NCBI GenBank assembly: GCA_019058015.1
Contig: JAHLWH010000024.1
Coordinates: forward strand, 1-62,479
DNA from: Promethearchaeota archaeon
Lineage (GTDB): Archaea > Asgardarchaeota > Lokiarchaeia > Sigyniarchaeales > SOKP01
DNA: 62,479 bases
Direction: 5' to 3'
Position numbers and translations under genes: made by a program. Positions 27,626 through 36,961 of the stretch are shown piece after piece (position 1 is the first letter of the stretch; every line of letters begins with the position of its first letter). The notes below the pieces were generated by a model. That model worked only from the letters and a program-made list of their open reading frames with translations, was not told the DNA's origin and did not search any database.

Positions 27626-30600
27626 ATGAATAAGGTCGGAGCTGTTCTGGTTGTTGGAGCAGGTATAGGAGGAAGCCAAGTTTCCTTAGATTTAGCTGAG
27701 TCGGGGTATAAAGTTTATCTGGTTGAAAAATCCACGAGCATTGGAGGAGTTATGGCCCAGTTAGATAAAACCTTTCCAACAAACGACTGTGCGATGTGTA
27801 TAATATCTCCAAAATTGGTTGAAACTGGGCGCCATCACAATATTGATCTAATAATTAATGCTGATATTAGAGAAGTTAGTGGAGATGCTGGTAATTTTAC
27901 CATAAAATTAACAAAAAGGGCACTTCATGTCAATCAAGAGAAATGTACCGGTTGTGGAGTGTGCGGCCAAGAATGTCCTATTGAGGCGATAGATACATTT
28001 AATGAAGGTTTATCTATGTGCAAGGCAACTTCTGTTAAATATCCTCAAGCTGTTCCATTAGTGTATTCAATTAATCTCGAAAAATGTATAGGTTGTGGAA
28101 TCTGTTACGGAGTTTGTAAGGCAAAAGCTGTAGAATACGATCAAACAGACCGAGAAATTGAAATTAATATTGGTGCAGTAATTCTTGCGCCTGGATTTGA
28201 TGAATTCGAACCAGATTCAATAAAAGAGTATGGTTATAGTAAATATAGGAATGTAGTTACAAGCATTGAGTTTGAACGGATTTTAAGCGCTAGCGGACCT
28301 TTTGCTGGTAAGGTTCTTCGTTTATCTGATGGAGATATTCCACGAAAAATTGCCTTTCTTCAATGCATAGGTTCTAGAGATATGAAGCGAGGTCAGCCTT
28401 ATTGTTCATCTGTATGTTGTATGTATACCGCAAAAGAGGCGGTAATTGCAAAAGAACATTTTGATGTAATTAATCCTACAATTTTTTGTATGGATGTTAG
28501 AGCATATGGTAAAGATTTTGATAAATATATTGAAAGAGCTAAAGATGAGTATGGAGTAAGATATATAAAAAATAGAATTGCCTCAATCTTAGAGATACCA
28601 GAAACTAAAGATTTAAAAATCAGTTACGAAACTGAAGATGGTAAAATTGTTGAAGAAATTTTCAATATGTTAGTGTTATCGGTAGGATTAAATCCTCCTA
28701 AAGATGCTAAAAAAATTGCTGATGTATTTAATATTAATTTGAATGAATATAATTTTTGCGAAACAAGCTCATTTAATCCAATACAAACCTCAAGACCTGG
28801 CATATTTGTATGTGGAGCTTTTCAAGGTCCTAAAGATATTCCTGAGACAGTTACTCAGGCGAGTGCCGCAGCTGGGGCAGTAAATGTTTTATTATCTGAA
28901 GGAAAAAATACTCTAATTACAAAAAAAGACCTTCCAGAGGAAATTGATGTAAGAGGTCAACCACCAAGAATTGGGGTATTTATCTGCCATTGTGGAATTA
29001 ACATCGGAGGATATGTAGATGTTCCCGCTGTTACAGAATACGCAAGTAGCCTCCCTAATGTTGTTATGGCTGATAGAAATCTATATACCTGTTCTGCAGA
29101 TACGCAAACTATTATTAAAGAAAAAATAAAAGAGTATAATCTTAATCGAGTCATTGTTGCTTCATGTACTCCTAGAACTCATGAACCATTATTTCAAGAA
29201 ACAATCAGAGAGGCTGGATTAAATAGATATCTCTTTCAAATGACAAATATTCGAGATCAATGTTCATGGGTTCATATGCATGAACCAGAAAATGCTACTG
29301 AAAAGGCAAAAGACTTGGTGAGAATGTCCGTAAATAAGGCAAGAAGAATTTTTCCGTTGGAAAGAATGACCTTAGATGTTATAAAAAAGGTCTTAGTAAT
29401 TGGTGGAGGAATCACAGGTATGGTTGCTGCATTAGATTTCGCTAAACAAGGTTATGAAACTTATCTAATCGAAAAGAAAAACGAATTAGGAGGCATTTCT
29501 CGCGAAATCTATAGTACACTTGAAGGAGGGAATGTACAAGAATATCTAGATGACTTAATCACGAAAGTAAAGAGCCAAAAGAATCTCAATTTATATACAA
29601 GTACCCATATTGAAGCCATTGATGGATATGTAGGCAACTTTCATACTACAATAAAACATGGAGAGATAAAGATTCCAGTGGAATTTGATCATGGAGTAGT
29701 TATTGTTGCGACAGGTGCGAATGAATATTTACCAACTGAATATCAATATGGTAAAGATCCAAGAATAATAAGACAATCAGAATTAGAAGAAAAAATCTAT
29801 AAAAGTCCAAATGAACTCCACAATATTAAATCAATTGTAATGATTCAATGTGTTGGTTCAAGAAATGAAGAACATCCTTATTGTAGTAAAATGTGTTGTG
29901 CTGAAGCAATTAAGAATGCATTAAAAATAAAGGAATTGAACCCAGAAATTAATATTACCATTTTATTTAGAGATATTAGAACTTATGGTTTTAAAGAGAA
30001 ATATTATCAAAAAGCTCGTCAAGTGGGAGTTTTATTTATTCAATTTAATGAGAATCAAGAACCTGAATTAAAGATAGAGAATGGAAATTTGAATATTATT
30101 GTTAAAAAGCCAGATGTGGGGGATATTTCGATTAAGGCAGACTTATTAGCATTAAGTGTAGGTATTGTCTCTTCGAGAGATGAAAAAGAAGAGTTAGCAA
30201 TGCAATTAAAGGTACCATTGAATGATGATAATTTCTTTTTAGAGGCTCATGTTAAGTTAAGACCTGTTGATTTTGCTACCGAAGGAGTTTTTGTAGCAGG
30301 TTTAGCTCACGCACCAAAACCGATAGAAGATTGTATTTCTCAAGCTAAAGCAACTGTTTCAAGAGCATGTACAATATTATCAAAAGATAAAATTGAGGCT
30401 GAAGGAAAAATTGCTCGAATAGATCCAACTAGGTGCACTGGTTGTGGTCTGTGTGTTCTCAACTGTGCTTATAACGCAATTGAGCTTCAAGAAGATCGTC
30501 GATTTGGAACAATTGCAGTTATTAATGAAGCTCTATGTAAAGGTTGTGGAGCGTGTTCTGGGAATTGCAGATGCTCCGCAATCGATATATTAGGATTTAC

Positions 30601-30640
30601 AGGTGAGCAAATATTTGCTATGATAATGGGGAGGGAATAA
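27626..30640 (+). CDS. Fused QmoA-like + HdrA-like flavoprotein (two FAD modules, multiple Fe-S motifs)
   Basis: 1004 aa. Residues 1-445 parallel ORF 23837-25150, and residues from ~447 (PPRIGVFICHCGINIGG...) parallel ORF 25156-26856. A GGAGGG RBS is present. Confidence 0.85.
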   Translation: MNKVGAVLVVGAGIGGSQVSLDLAESGYKVYLVEKSTSIGGVMAQLDKTFPTNDCAMCIISPKLVETGRHHNIDLIINADIREVSGDAGNFTIKLTKRALHVNQEKCTGCGVCGQECPIEAIDTFNEGLSMCKATSVKYPQAVPLVYSINLEKCIGCGICYGVCKAKAVEYDQTDREIEINIGAVILAPGFDEFEPDSIKEYGYSKYRNVVTSIEFERILSASGPFAGKVLRLSDGDIPRKIAFLQCIGSRDMKRGQPYCSSVCCMYTAKEAVIAKEHFDVINPTIFCMDVRAYGKDFDKYIERAKDEYGVRYIKNRIASILEIPETKDLKISYETEDGKIVEEIFNMLVLSVGLNPPKDAKKIADVFNINLNEYNFCETSSFNPIQTSRPGIFVCGAFQGPKDIPETVTQASAAAGAVNVLLSEGKNTLITKKDLPEEIDVRGQPPRIGVFICHCGINIGGYVDVPAVTEYASSLPNVVMADRNLYTCSADTQTIIKEKIKEYNLNRVIVASCTPRTHEPLFQETIREAGLNRYLFQMTNIRDQCSWVHMHEPENATEKAKDLVRMSVNKARRIFPLERMTLDVIKKVLVIGGGITGMVAALDFAKQGYETYLIEKKNELGGISREIYSTLEGGNVQEYLDDLITKVKSQKNLNLYTSTHIEAIDGYVGNFHTTIKHGEIKIPVEFDHGVVIVATGANEYLPTEYQYGKDPRIIRQSELEEKIYKSPNELHNIKSIVMIQCVGSRNEEHPYCSKMCCAEAIKNALKIKELNPEINITILFRDIRTYGFKEKYYQKARQVGVLFIQFNENQEPELKIENGNLNIIVKKPDVGDISIKADLLALSVGIVSSRDEKEELAMQLKVPLNDDNFFLEAHVKLRPVDFATEGVFVAGLAHAPKPIEDCISQAKATVSRACTILSKDKIEAEGKIARIDPTRCTGCGLCVLNCAYNAIELQEDRRFGTIAVINEALCKGCGACSGNCRCSAIDILGFTGEQIFAMIMGRE

Positions 30641-30643
30641 AAA

Positions 30644-31090
30644 ATGACTGATAAAAGTAAAGAAAAATCAACAGAGGAGTGGAAACCTAAAATAATTGCT
30701 TTCTTATGCAATTGGTGCTCGTATGCAGGTGCCGATTTAGCGGGAGTCAGTCGAATTCAATATCCTCCAAACATTAGAGTTGTTCGTGTGCCTTGTACAG
30801 GTCGAATTAACCCATTCTTCATAATAAAAAGCCTAGCTTATGGTTGGGACGGTATTCTTGTCTCAGGATGTCATCCTGGCGATTGTCACTATATCTCTGG
30901 TAATTATATTGCAAGAAGAAGGTTTGCGATTTTAAGAGATTTAATGACATTTTTAGGAATTGAACCCGAAAGACTCAATTTTACCTGGGTTTCTGCTGCT
31001 GAAGGAGAAAGATTTGCAAAAATTGTACGAAAAACTGTTGAAAATGTAAAATCAGTAGGTCCTAATAAAATATTTAATAAAAAATGGTGA
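30644..31090 (+). CDS. mvhD: MvhD/FlxD-like [2Fe-2S] electron-transfer subunit
   Basis: FLCNWCSYAGADLAG, VPCTGRINP and GCHPGDCHY. The protein is 148 aa. Confidence 0.85.
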   Translation: MTDKSKEKSTEEWKPKIIAFLCNWCSYAGADLAGVSRIQYPPNIRVVRVPCTGRINPFFIIKSLAYGWDGILVSGCHPGDCHYISGNYIARRRFAILRDLMTFLGIEPERLNFTWVSAAEGERFAKIVRKTVENVKSVGPNKIFNKKW

Positions 31091-32061
31091 TAAACATAAT
31101 AGACGACATAGAAAAATCTATTAGAGAAACTGCAAAGAAATTATTGGAAGAAAAAAAAGTTGATCTAATTATTGGATACACAAAAGGATCTATTCCACTT
31201 CGCTCTGGACCTTGTTTTATTACTGATGCAAGCCAAACAGGTATGCTAGTTTGGAACCAAAGTTGTGATTTAAATCTCGCAAAGTATCTAGCGAAGAACG
31301 ATGATAGAAAGATTGGGATAATTTCAAAAGGGTGCGTAGGACGCGCTATTGTTCATTTAATAGTAGAAAAACAGCTAAACAAAGAAAATATCACAATAAT
31401 TGGAATATCATGCGAAGGTGTTTTAAATAGAGCAAAAATCATGGTTGAAATTGGAGATAAAGAAATAATTGAAGCCAATATTGAAGATAATAAAATTATC
31501 ATTAAGGGAAAAGACTTCAATAAAACACTTCCTTTACAAGATTATATAAATCAACTATGTATAACTTGTCACTATAAAATCCCACCAATTTCTGACATAA
31601 TTATTGGGAATAAAAAACCCGAAAAACCACCAAAAGATGATTTCAAGGATTTAAATGAGATCGAGTCAAAAAGTTCTAATGATAAAATGGAATACTTTAA
31701 AAAAGAATTAAACAGATGCATTAGATGTTATGCGTGCAGAGAAGCATGCCCTATGTGTTATTGTAGCTTATGTTTTATTGATCAGAACAAACCAGTTTGG
31801 TTTGGAAAAACCGCAGACATTTCCGATAATTTCATTTTCCACATGATTCGCGCCTTTCATGTTGCTGGAAGATGCGTTTCTTGTGGAGCGTGCAGTAGCG
31901 TCTGTCCCATGGGTATAGACTTGAATTTTATTACGAGAAAGTTAGAAAAAATTGTTAAGGAGAGATTTGATTTCGAAAGTGGAATAAATTTAGAAGCCCC
32001 TCCACCCATGGGCACTCATAAATTTGACGATAAACAGGAATTTATGATAGAAGAGGATTAA
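31084..32061 (+). CDS. 4Fe-4S cluster protein, FlxC-like
   Basis: CIRCYACREACPMCYC and CVSCGACSSVCP. It overlaps the mvhD-like gene by 7 nt. Confidence 0.6.
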   Translation: MVINIIDDIEKSIRETAKKLLEEKKVDLIIGYTKGSIPLRSGPCFITDASQTGMLVWNQSCDLNLAKYLAKNDDRKIGIISKGCVGRAIVHLIVEKQLNKENITIIGISCEGVLNRAKIMVEIGDKEIIEANIEDNKIIIKGKDFNKTLPLQDYINQLCITCHYKIPPISDIIIGNKKPEKPPKDDFKDLNEIESKSSNDKMEYFKKELNRCIRCYACREACPMCYCSLCFIDQNKPVWFGKTADISDNFIFHMIRAFHVAGRCVSCGACSSVCPMGIDLNFITRKLEKIVKERFDFESGINLEAPPPMGTHKFDDKQEFMIEED

Positions 32062-32075
32062 ATGGAGGTAAAGAA

Positions 32076-33116
32076 ATGATGCAAAAAATGATATCAAAAG
32101 AAAAAATATCTGATCTCATAAAAGAATTACAGAAAGAGTTCAAAGTATTTGGTCCAGTTAAAGAAGAAGGTGTAGTATTGTTTAAGGAGATTACTGATGC
32201 AAAAGAAATTTGTTTAGATTATTCAAATTCGAAAATTCCTGCAAAAAGCGTGCTTTTTCCCATGATTGACACTCTGTTTTCCTATAAAAAGGAGGGAAAA
32301 GGCGTAAAGATTATAGAAAACCCACCATACGAAAAGACAGTAATATTTGGAATAAGACCGTGTGATTCCATGGTTTTTTCATTATTCAAGAACTTTTTCT
32401 CATTTGGGAAATATAAAGACCCACTTGTTTTGAATCGATTAAAAAATATAACTATAATCGGAATGGGCTGCTTGGAACCACGAACTACATGCTTCTGCAC
32501 TTCAGTCAATGGAGGTCCTTTCAATAAGGAATCGGTAGATGTTCTTATTACAGAATTTAAAGATAATTATTATCTTGAGTCAATTACCGATAAGGGAGAG
32601 GCATTAATTAAAAAAATTAAATCGCTAACAGATGCGGACAAGGGAGATTTAGCAAAAATAGAAAAATTACAAAAGGATATCGAAAGTGCAATTCCCGTTA
32701 TTGAAGGTTTAGATGGTATTTACACCAAATTAGATGGTTTATTTGACCATCCAATGTGGAAAATGGAATCTCAAGGATGTATAGGTTGCGGATCTTGTAC
32801 CTATCTATGTCCCACATGTCATTGTTTTGATGTACTCGATGAAAATAAGCAAGATGGATCCGGAAGAAGGATCAGAATCTGGGATACTTGTCAATTTCCT
32901 TTATTCACACTCGAGACTTCTGGACATAATCCAAGAACAACTAAACTACCTAGAGTAAGACAGAGAATTTTTCATAAATTCAACTATTATCCAAAAAATT
33001 ACAATATAATTGGGTGCGTTGGATGTGGGAGATGTATCATTAATTGTCCTGTGAGTAGTGATATTAGAAATATATTCATATCTGTTGAAAATATATCCTC
33101 TAAAACGGAGGGATGA
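32076..33116 (+). CDS. 4Fe-4S protein related to sulfhydrogenase beta / AsrA / FlxB
   Basis: CIGCGSCTYLCPTCHCFD and CVGCGRCIINCP, with IFGIRPCD earlier. A GGAGG RBS is present. Confidence 0.7.
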   Translation: MMQKMISKEKISDLIKELQKEFKVFGPVKEEGVVLFKEITDAKEICLDYSNSKIPAKSVLFPMIDTLFSYKKEGKGVKIIENPPYEKTVIFGIRPCDSMVFSLFKNFFSFGKYKDPLVLNRLKNITIIGMGCLEPRTTCFCTSVNGGPFNKESVDVLITEFKDNYYLESITDKGEALIKKIKSLTDADKGDLAKIEKLQKDIESAIPVIEGLDGIYTKLDGLFDHPMWKMESQGCIGCGSCTYLCPTCHCFDVLDENKQDGSGRRIRIWDTCQFPLFTLETSGHNPRTTKLPRVRQRIFHKFNYYPKNYNIIGCVGCGRCIINCPVSSDIRNIFISVENISSKTEG

Positions 33117-33165
33117 ATAAAAAACTTAATTCAAATTATGAGATAGAAAAAAAATGGTTTAAAAA

Positions 33166-34011
33166 ATGCAATTAGAAAGTCCGTATATACCAGTATTGAC
33201 CACAATAAAGTCAATCGTTAGAGAAAATGAAGTAAATGATATAAAGACATTTGAATTTGTTTTCAATGACGAAGAGAACTATAAAAAATTCGATTATGTT
33301 GCTGGTCAGTTTGCAGAATTAAGTGTATTTGGAGTAGGAGAATGCCCTATAGGAATAGCTTCATCTCCCACAGAAAAAGGTTCGATAAAATTTACAGTAA
33401 AAAAAGCAGGTGAGGTTACAGCAGCACTTCATAATTTAGAAGTAGGAGATATTGTCGGAATAAGGGGGCCCCTAGGAAATGGCTGGCCCGTTGAAGAAAT
33501 GAAGGGAAAAAATTTAGTAATAATTGGAGGTGGATTTGCATTTTCCACATTAAGATCCCTAACTATATTTGCATCACACGAAGATAACCGGAAAAATTAT
33601 GGTGATCTAACCGTTATTTATGGAAATCGAGAGTCTGGCGAGGTTTTATATAGAGATATTTTAGAAGAATGGGAAAAAAGGGATGACATAAATGTCGTTT
33701 TAACTATAGATAGGGAACAAGAAGGTTGGACGAGAAAAGTTGGATTTGTTGCACCTATCGTTAAAGAAGTATCACCATCCCCAGAAAAAGCCGTTGCAAT
33801 TGTTTGTGGTCCACCTATTATGATAAAAACTACACAAGATGTTTTAAAAGAGTTAAAATTCTCTGATGAGCAAATATTATTATCTTTAGAGATGAGAATG
33901 AAATGTGGGATAGGTAAGTGCGGAAGATGTAACGTGGGGAATAAATTTGTATGTTTAGATGGACCTGTATTTTCCCAAGCAGAATTAAATAAATTACCAA
34001 AAGAATATTAA
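33166..34011 (+). CDS. FAD/NAD(P)-binding oxidoreductase with a C-terminal [2Fe-2S] motif (sulfhydrogenase gamma / AsrB / FlxA / PyrK-like)
   Basis: The layout is FNR-like (GQFAELSV, LVIIGGGFAF). The C-terminus is MKCGIGKCGRCNVG. Confidence 0.75.
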   Translation: MQLESPYIPVLTTIKSIVRENEVNDIKTFEFVFNDEENYKKFDYVAGQFAELSVFGVGECPIGIASSPTEKGSIKFTVKKAGEVTAALHNLEVGDIVGIRGPLGNGWPVEEMKGKNLVIIGGGFAFSTLRSLTIFASHEDNRKNYGDLTVIYGNRESGEVLYRDILEEWEKRDDINVVLTIDREQEGWTRKVGFVAPIVKEVSPSPEKAVAIVCGPPIMIKTTQDVLKELKFSDEQILLSLEMRMKCGIGKCGRCNVGNKFVCLDGPVFSQAELNKLPKEY

Positions 34012-34033
34012 AAGAAAAAAAATGAAATGAATT

Positions 34034-35167
34034 ATGAATGAAAATCAAAATTCAAAGGAAATTGTTCCTAAATCTTTTGAAGACCTTATAAAAGAGGTTC
34101 ATGATATAGGAATTTGTGGAGAATGTGGAGGTTGCGTCAGTTTTTGTTCTGCTGCTGATTTAGGTGCAATTAAAATGAGTGAGGATGGTCCTCCACAATA
34201 TATCGACAAAGATAATTGCCTAAATTGTGGTATTTGTTATCTGATTTGTCCAGAAATTCACGAATTAAATAAAGAGTTAAACGAGAGATATAAGTTTAAA
34301 TTCCCAATAGGAAATTGGCTTAAAATTGTTACGAGTAAGGCTACGAATCTAGAAATCCAAAAAGCAGGAACCGATGGAGGAGTTGTGACATCCATTCTTA
34401 TTGCGATGTTGGAAAATAATTTAATTGACGGTGCTCTTGTTTCAAAAAGGATAAATCCATTTCAGAGAGAACCATTCCTTGCAACAACAAAAGAAGAATT
34501 AATAGAAGCTGCAGGAACAAAATTTGATTTAAAGGGACATATTTCTGGGCTAGGACAATATAATACTTTTGTTCCTACAATATCTAAATTAAAATATGTT
34601 GTTGATAGAGATCTTATGAATATCGCTGTAGTGGGAGTTCCGTGCCAAATTCATTCTATTAGAAAGATGCAAGAGTTAAGCATTTTACCCGCTCATATAA
34701 TAAAATACACTCTTGGATTATTTTGCTATGAAAATTTTAAATTTAATGAGACAGCAAGAAAAAAAATGGAAGAACAGTTTGATTTTTCCTTTAATGATGT
34801 TGAAAAAATGAATATAAAAGACTATTTGATTATTAATCTTAAAGGGAAAGACCAGCCATTATACATTGAATTTTCTGAACTTCATGATATTATGCGCCAC
34901 GCATGTTCAGTGTGTGAGAATTTTTCTAATTTCTATTCAGACATATCATTTGGTGGCTTAGGTTCTAAAGATGGTTTTACTACTTCAATAATTCGCACAG
35001 ATCTAGGTGAAAAAATATATAAACTTGCAATAGATAAAGGATATATTGAAGAGCCTCCAGAACTCAATACATCCGTAGAAAAATCAAAAATGCTTGCAAA
35101 AATAATTAGTTTTAGCCGAATGAAAACCAAAAGGGCGGAAGATGCTTTAAAACATCTTCCACTTTAG
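34034..35167 (+). CDS. Second FrhB-family protein with N-terminal ferredoxin motifs
   Basis: CGECGGCVSFC and CLNCGICYLICP are followed by GTDGGVVTSILIAMLENNLIDGALV and GVPCQIHS. It is a paralog of 22702-23829. Confidence 0.75.
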   Translation: MNENQNSKEIVPKSFEDLIKEVHDIGICGECGGCVSFCSAADLGAIKMSEDGPPQYIDKDNCLNCGICYLICPEIHELNKELNERYKFKFPIGNWLKIVTSKATNLEIQKAGTDGGVVTSILIAMLENNLIDGALVSKRINPFQREPFLATTKEELIEAAGTKFDLKGHISGLGQYNTFVPTISKLKYVVDRDLMNIAVVGVPCQIHSIRKMQELSILPAHIIKYTLGLFCYENFKFNETARKKMEEQFDFSFNDVEKMNIKDYLIINLKGKDQPLYIEFSELHDIMRHACSVCENFSNFYSDISFGGLGSKDGFTTSIIRTDLGEKIYKLAIDKGYIEEPPELNTSVEKSKMLAKIISFSRMKTKRAEDALKHLPL

Positions 35168-35237
35168 AAAAATTTTATTTTTCTTTAATATTGCACCTTA
35201 ATATAAAAATCATTCCGATAAATTTCATTGGAATATA

Positions 35238-35675
35238 CTAGGAAATGCCTAAACTTTTCAATATTAAATCAGCTTGTGTAAAAGGAATGGCGTTTAGATT
35301 TGCGATTTTTTCAGCGTGATAATATGAATATTTTAGAATAAAATTATTAAGATAATTTTTTATAAAATCTGCTCTCTTTTTTATTAATTTATCAATTTTA
35401 CGTTGCTGTTCAGATTCCAATATAAGTTTTCCATCAAAATCAATTATACCTACATTTGGTTCTATTTTTAACTTAAACTGGAAACAGACTTTTCTTTCTA
35501 TTTTATTCAATAAATTATCTGACAAAATGTCGAAAGAATGAATAAATTCATGAGTAATTTTTTTTTCTTTCTCAAAAGCGACATTATTAAAAGAGCCTTT
35601 TTGAATCATTTCATTAGAAAAATTTAGATCTCTTGTAACTGTTTCAAATTCTATTGTTCTTCTCATTTTAACCAT
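35238..35675 (-). CDS. Hypothetical protein (145 aa)
   Basis: ORF only; I recognise no motifs. Confidence 0.35.
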   Translation of the reverse strand: MVKMRRTIEFETVTRDLNFSNEMIQKGSFNNVAFEKEKKITHEFIHSFDILSDNLLNKIERKVCFQFKLKIEPNVGIIDFDGKLILESEQQRKIDKLIKKRADFIKNYLNNFILKYSYYHAEKIANLNAIPFTQADLILKSLGIS

Positions 35676-35943
35676 ATTTCTATTATTTATTTATTGTAAT
35701 AATTACAGAGTTAAATTTAAAGTATTACCTAAATATCATTCTATTTTTTTTAAGATAGTCTTAATTTTTTCTACATGATTAATCAAGAAGAGTTTTATTT
35801 TAATAACTCAGTAAAGAAAATACTTGCTGATTCTGTAATACTTTTTAGAAAAACAGGTTTAAATGATTTGGCTCAAAAATGGGAGCGAATTCTAAAAAAT
35901 TATGTTAGAAAGAAAATAACGGCACCACAATAGATCCAAGTAA

Positions 35944-36813
35944 TTATTTGATTTTTTCTAATTGAGCCTGTCTCTTTCCCAATAAAAACGAACTTATAAG
36001 AATAAGAAAAATCCCTAAGATTAAAAAAATAATAGACATGATACTTGGGGGTTGTAAGAGAAAAATTAAGAGATATACAAATACAGATGTAATTTGAATT
36101 GGAACTTGTTGAATTGGAATCATATTACTAGCCTGAGCAACTTTAAAAGATTCCTGAATTTTTAAAATACCAATAAAATTGGTTGCTATTAAAATTAATG
36201 AGGAACAAATAAACAATATTAGTTCTCCGATACTATAAATGCCTTGAAATACATTAATAATGGTCCCCAATAATAGGCTTACCCAAAAATTGGAGAGAGA
36301 AAACATTAATCCTGAGTAAATAGAGAGCAAAATCCCACTATATTTTTCAGTTCTTCTTTGAAGAATTTCACAAGTTATAGAAGAAATGATTATTATTGAA
36401 GTAAAAATAATTATTCTGATGAGAAACATCAGATCCAATAAATTTTGTTCAGATATATTTATAGATAATCCACTAATTCCGAGTAAGAGAATTGCTCCAA
36501 TCATTAGTAAAATTCCAATTATTTCATCTCTTTTTAGAGTCTCTCCAATAATTTTAACAGAACCAATTGCAAGAATAATTAAACCTGAAGCCATTAATCC
36601 AGGAATTAGAGCGGGACCAATATAAACTTGTGCTAATAGAAAAAAGATTGTTCCTATTCCCAACTGCATCATTAATCCCAATAACCATAATGGATTTTTA
36701 ATTAAGGCTCTTCCAAATTTTACTTCAGCTCTAATTTCATTTACGACTTTTTTTTGTAATATTATACCGAAATTATTAATAATCCCTGATAACATTGCAA
36801 ATGAAATACCCAT
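35944..36813 (-). CDS. DMT-superfamily membrane protein resembling NIPA-type Mg2+ transporters
   Basis: About 9 hydrophobic helices. The N-terminal GISFAMLSGIINNFGIILQKK and the following NPLWLLG...ALIPGLMASGLIILAIGSVKIIGETL block resemble the NIPA family layout. Confidence 0.5.
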   Translation of the reverse strand: MGISFAMLSGIINNFGIILQKKVVNEIRAEVKFGRALIKNPLWLLGLMMQLGIGTIFFLLAQVYIGPALIPGLMASGLIILAIGSVKIIGETLKRDEIIGILLMIGAILLLGISGLSINISEQNLLDLMFLIRIIIFTSIIIISSITCEILQRRTEKYSGILLSIYSGLMFSLSNFWVSLLLGTIINVFQGIYSIGELILFICSSLILIATNFIGILKIQESFKVAQASNMIPIQQVPIQITSVFVYLLIFLLQPPSIMSIIFLILGIFLILISSFLLGKRQAQLEKIK

Positions 36814-36961
36814 CCAATAGAGAGAAGAATCAATTTTTTTGGTTCCAATTTTTTTTTTTTATAGATTGTAATAAGAAGTAATTAATTATTTTTAAAAATT
36901 CTAAAATAAAAATTAAAAAAGTTTATTTTTAAAGGTTAATCATAGTAGAATTTGATTTTCT

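Noticed and set aside
35775-35933. A 52-codon ORF (MINQEEFYFNNSVKKILADSVILFRKTGLNDLAQKWERILKNYVRKKITAPQ) lies in an intergenic gap.
   Set aside because: It has no recognisable motif or clear RBS and is short for such AT-rich DNA. This is insufficient support to call a gene.
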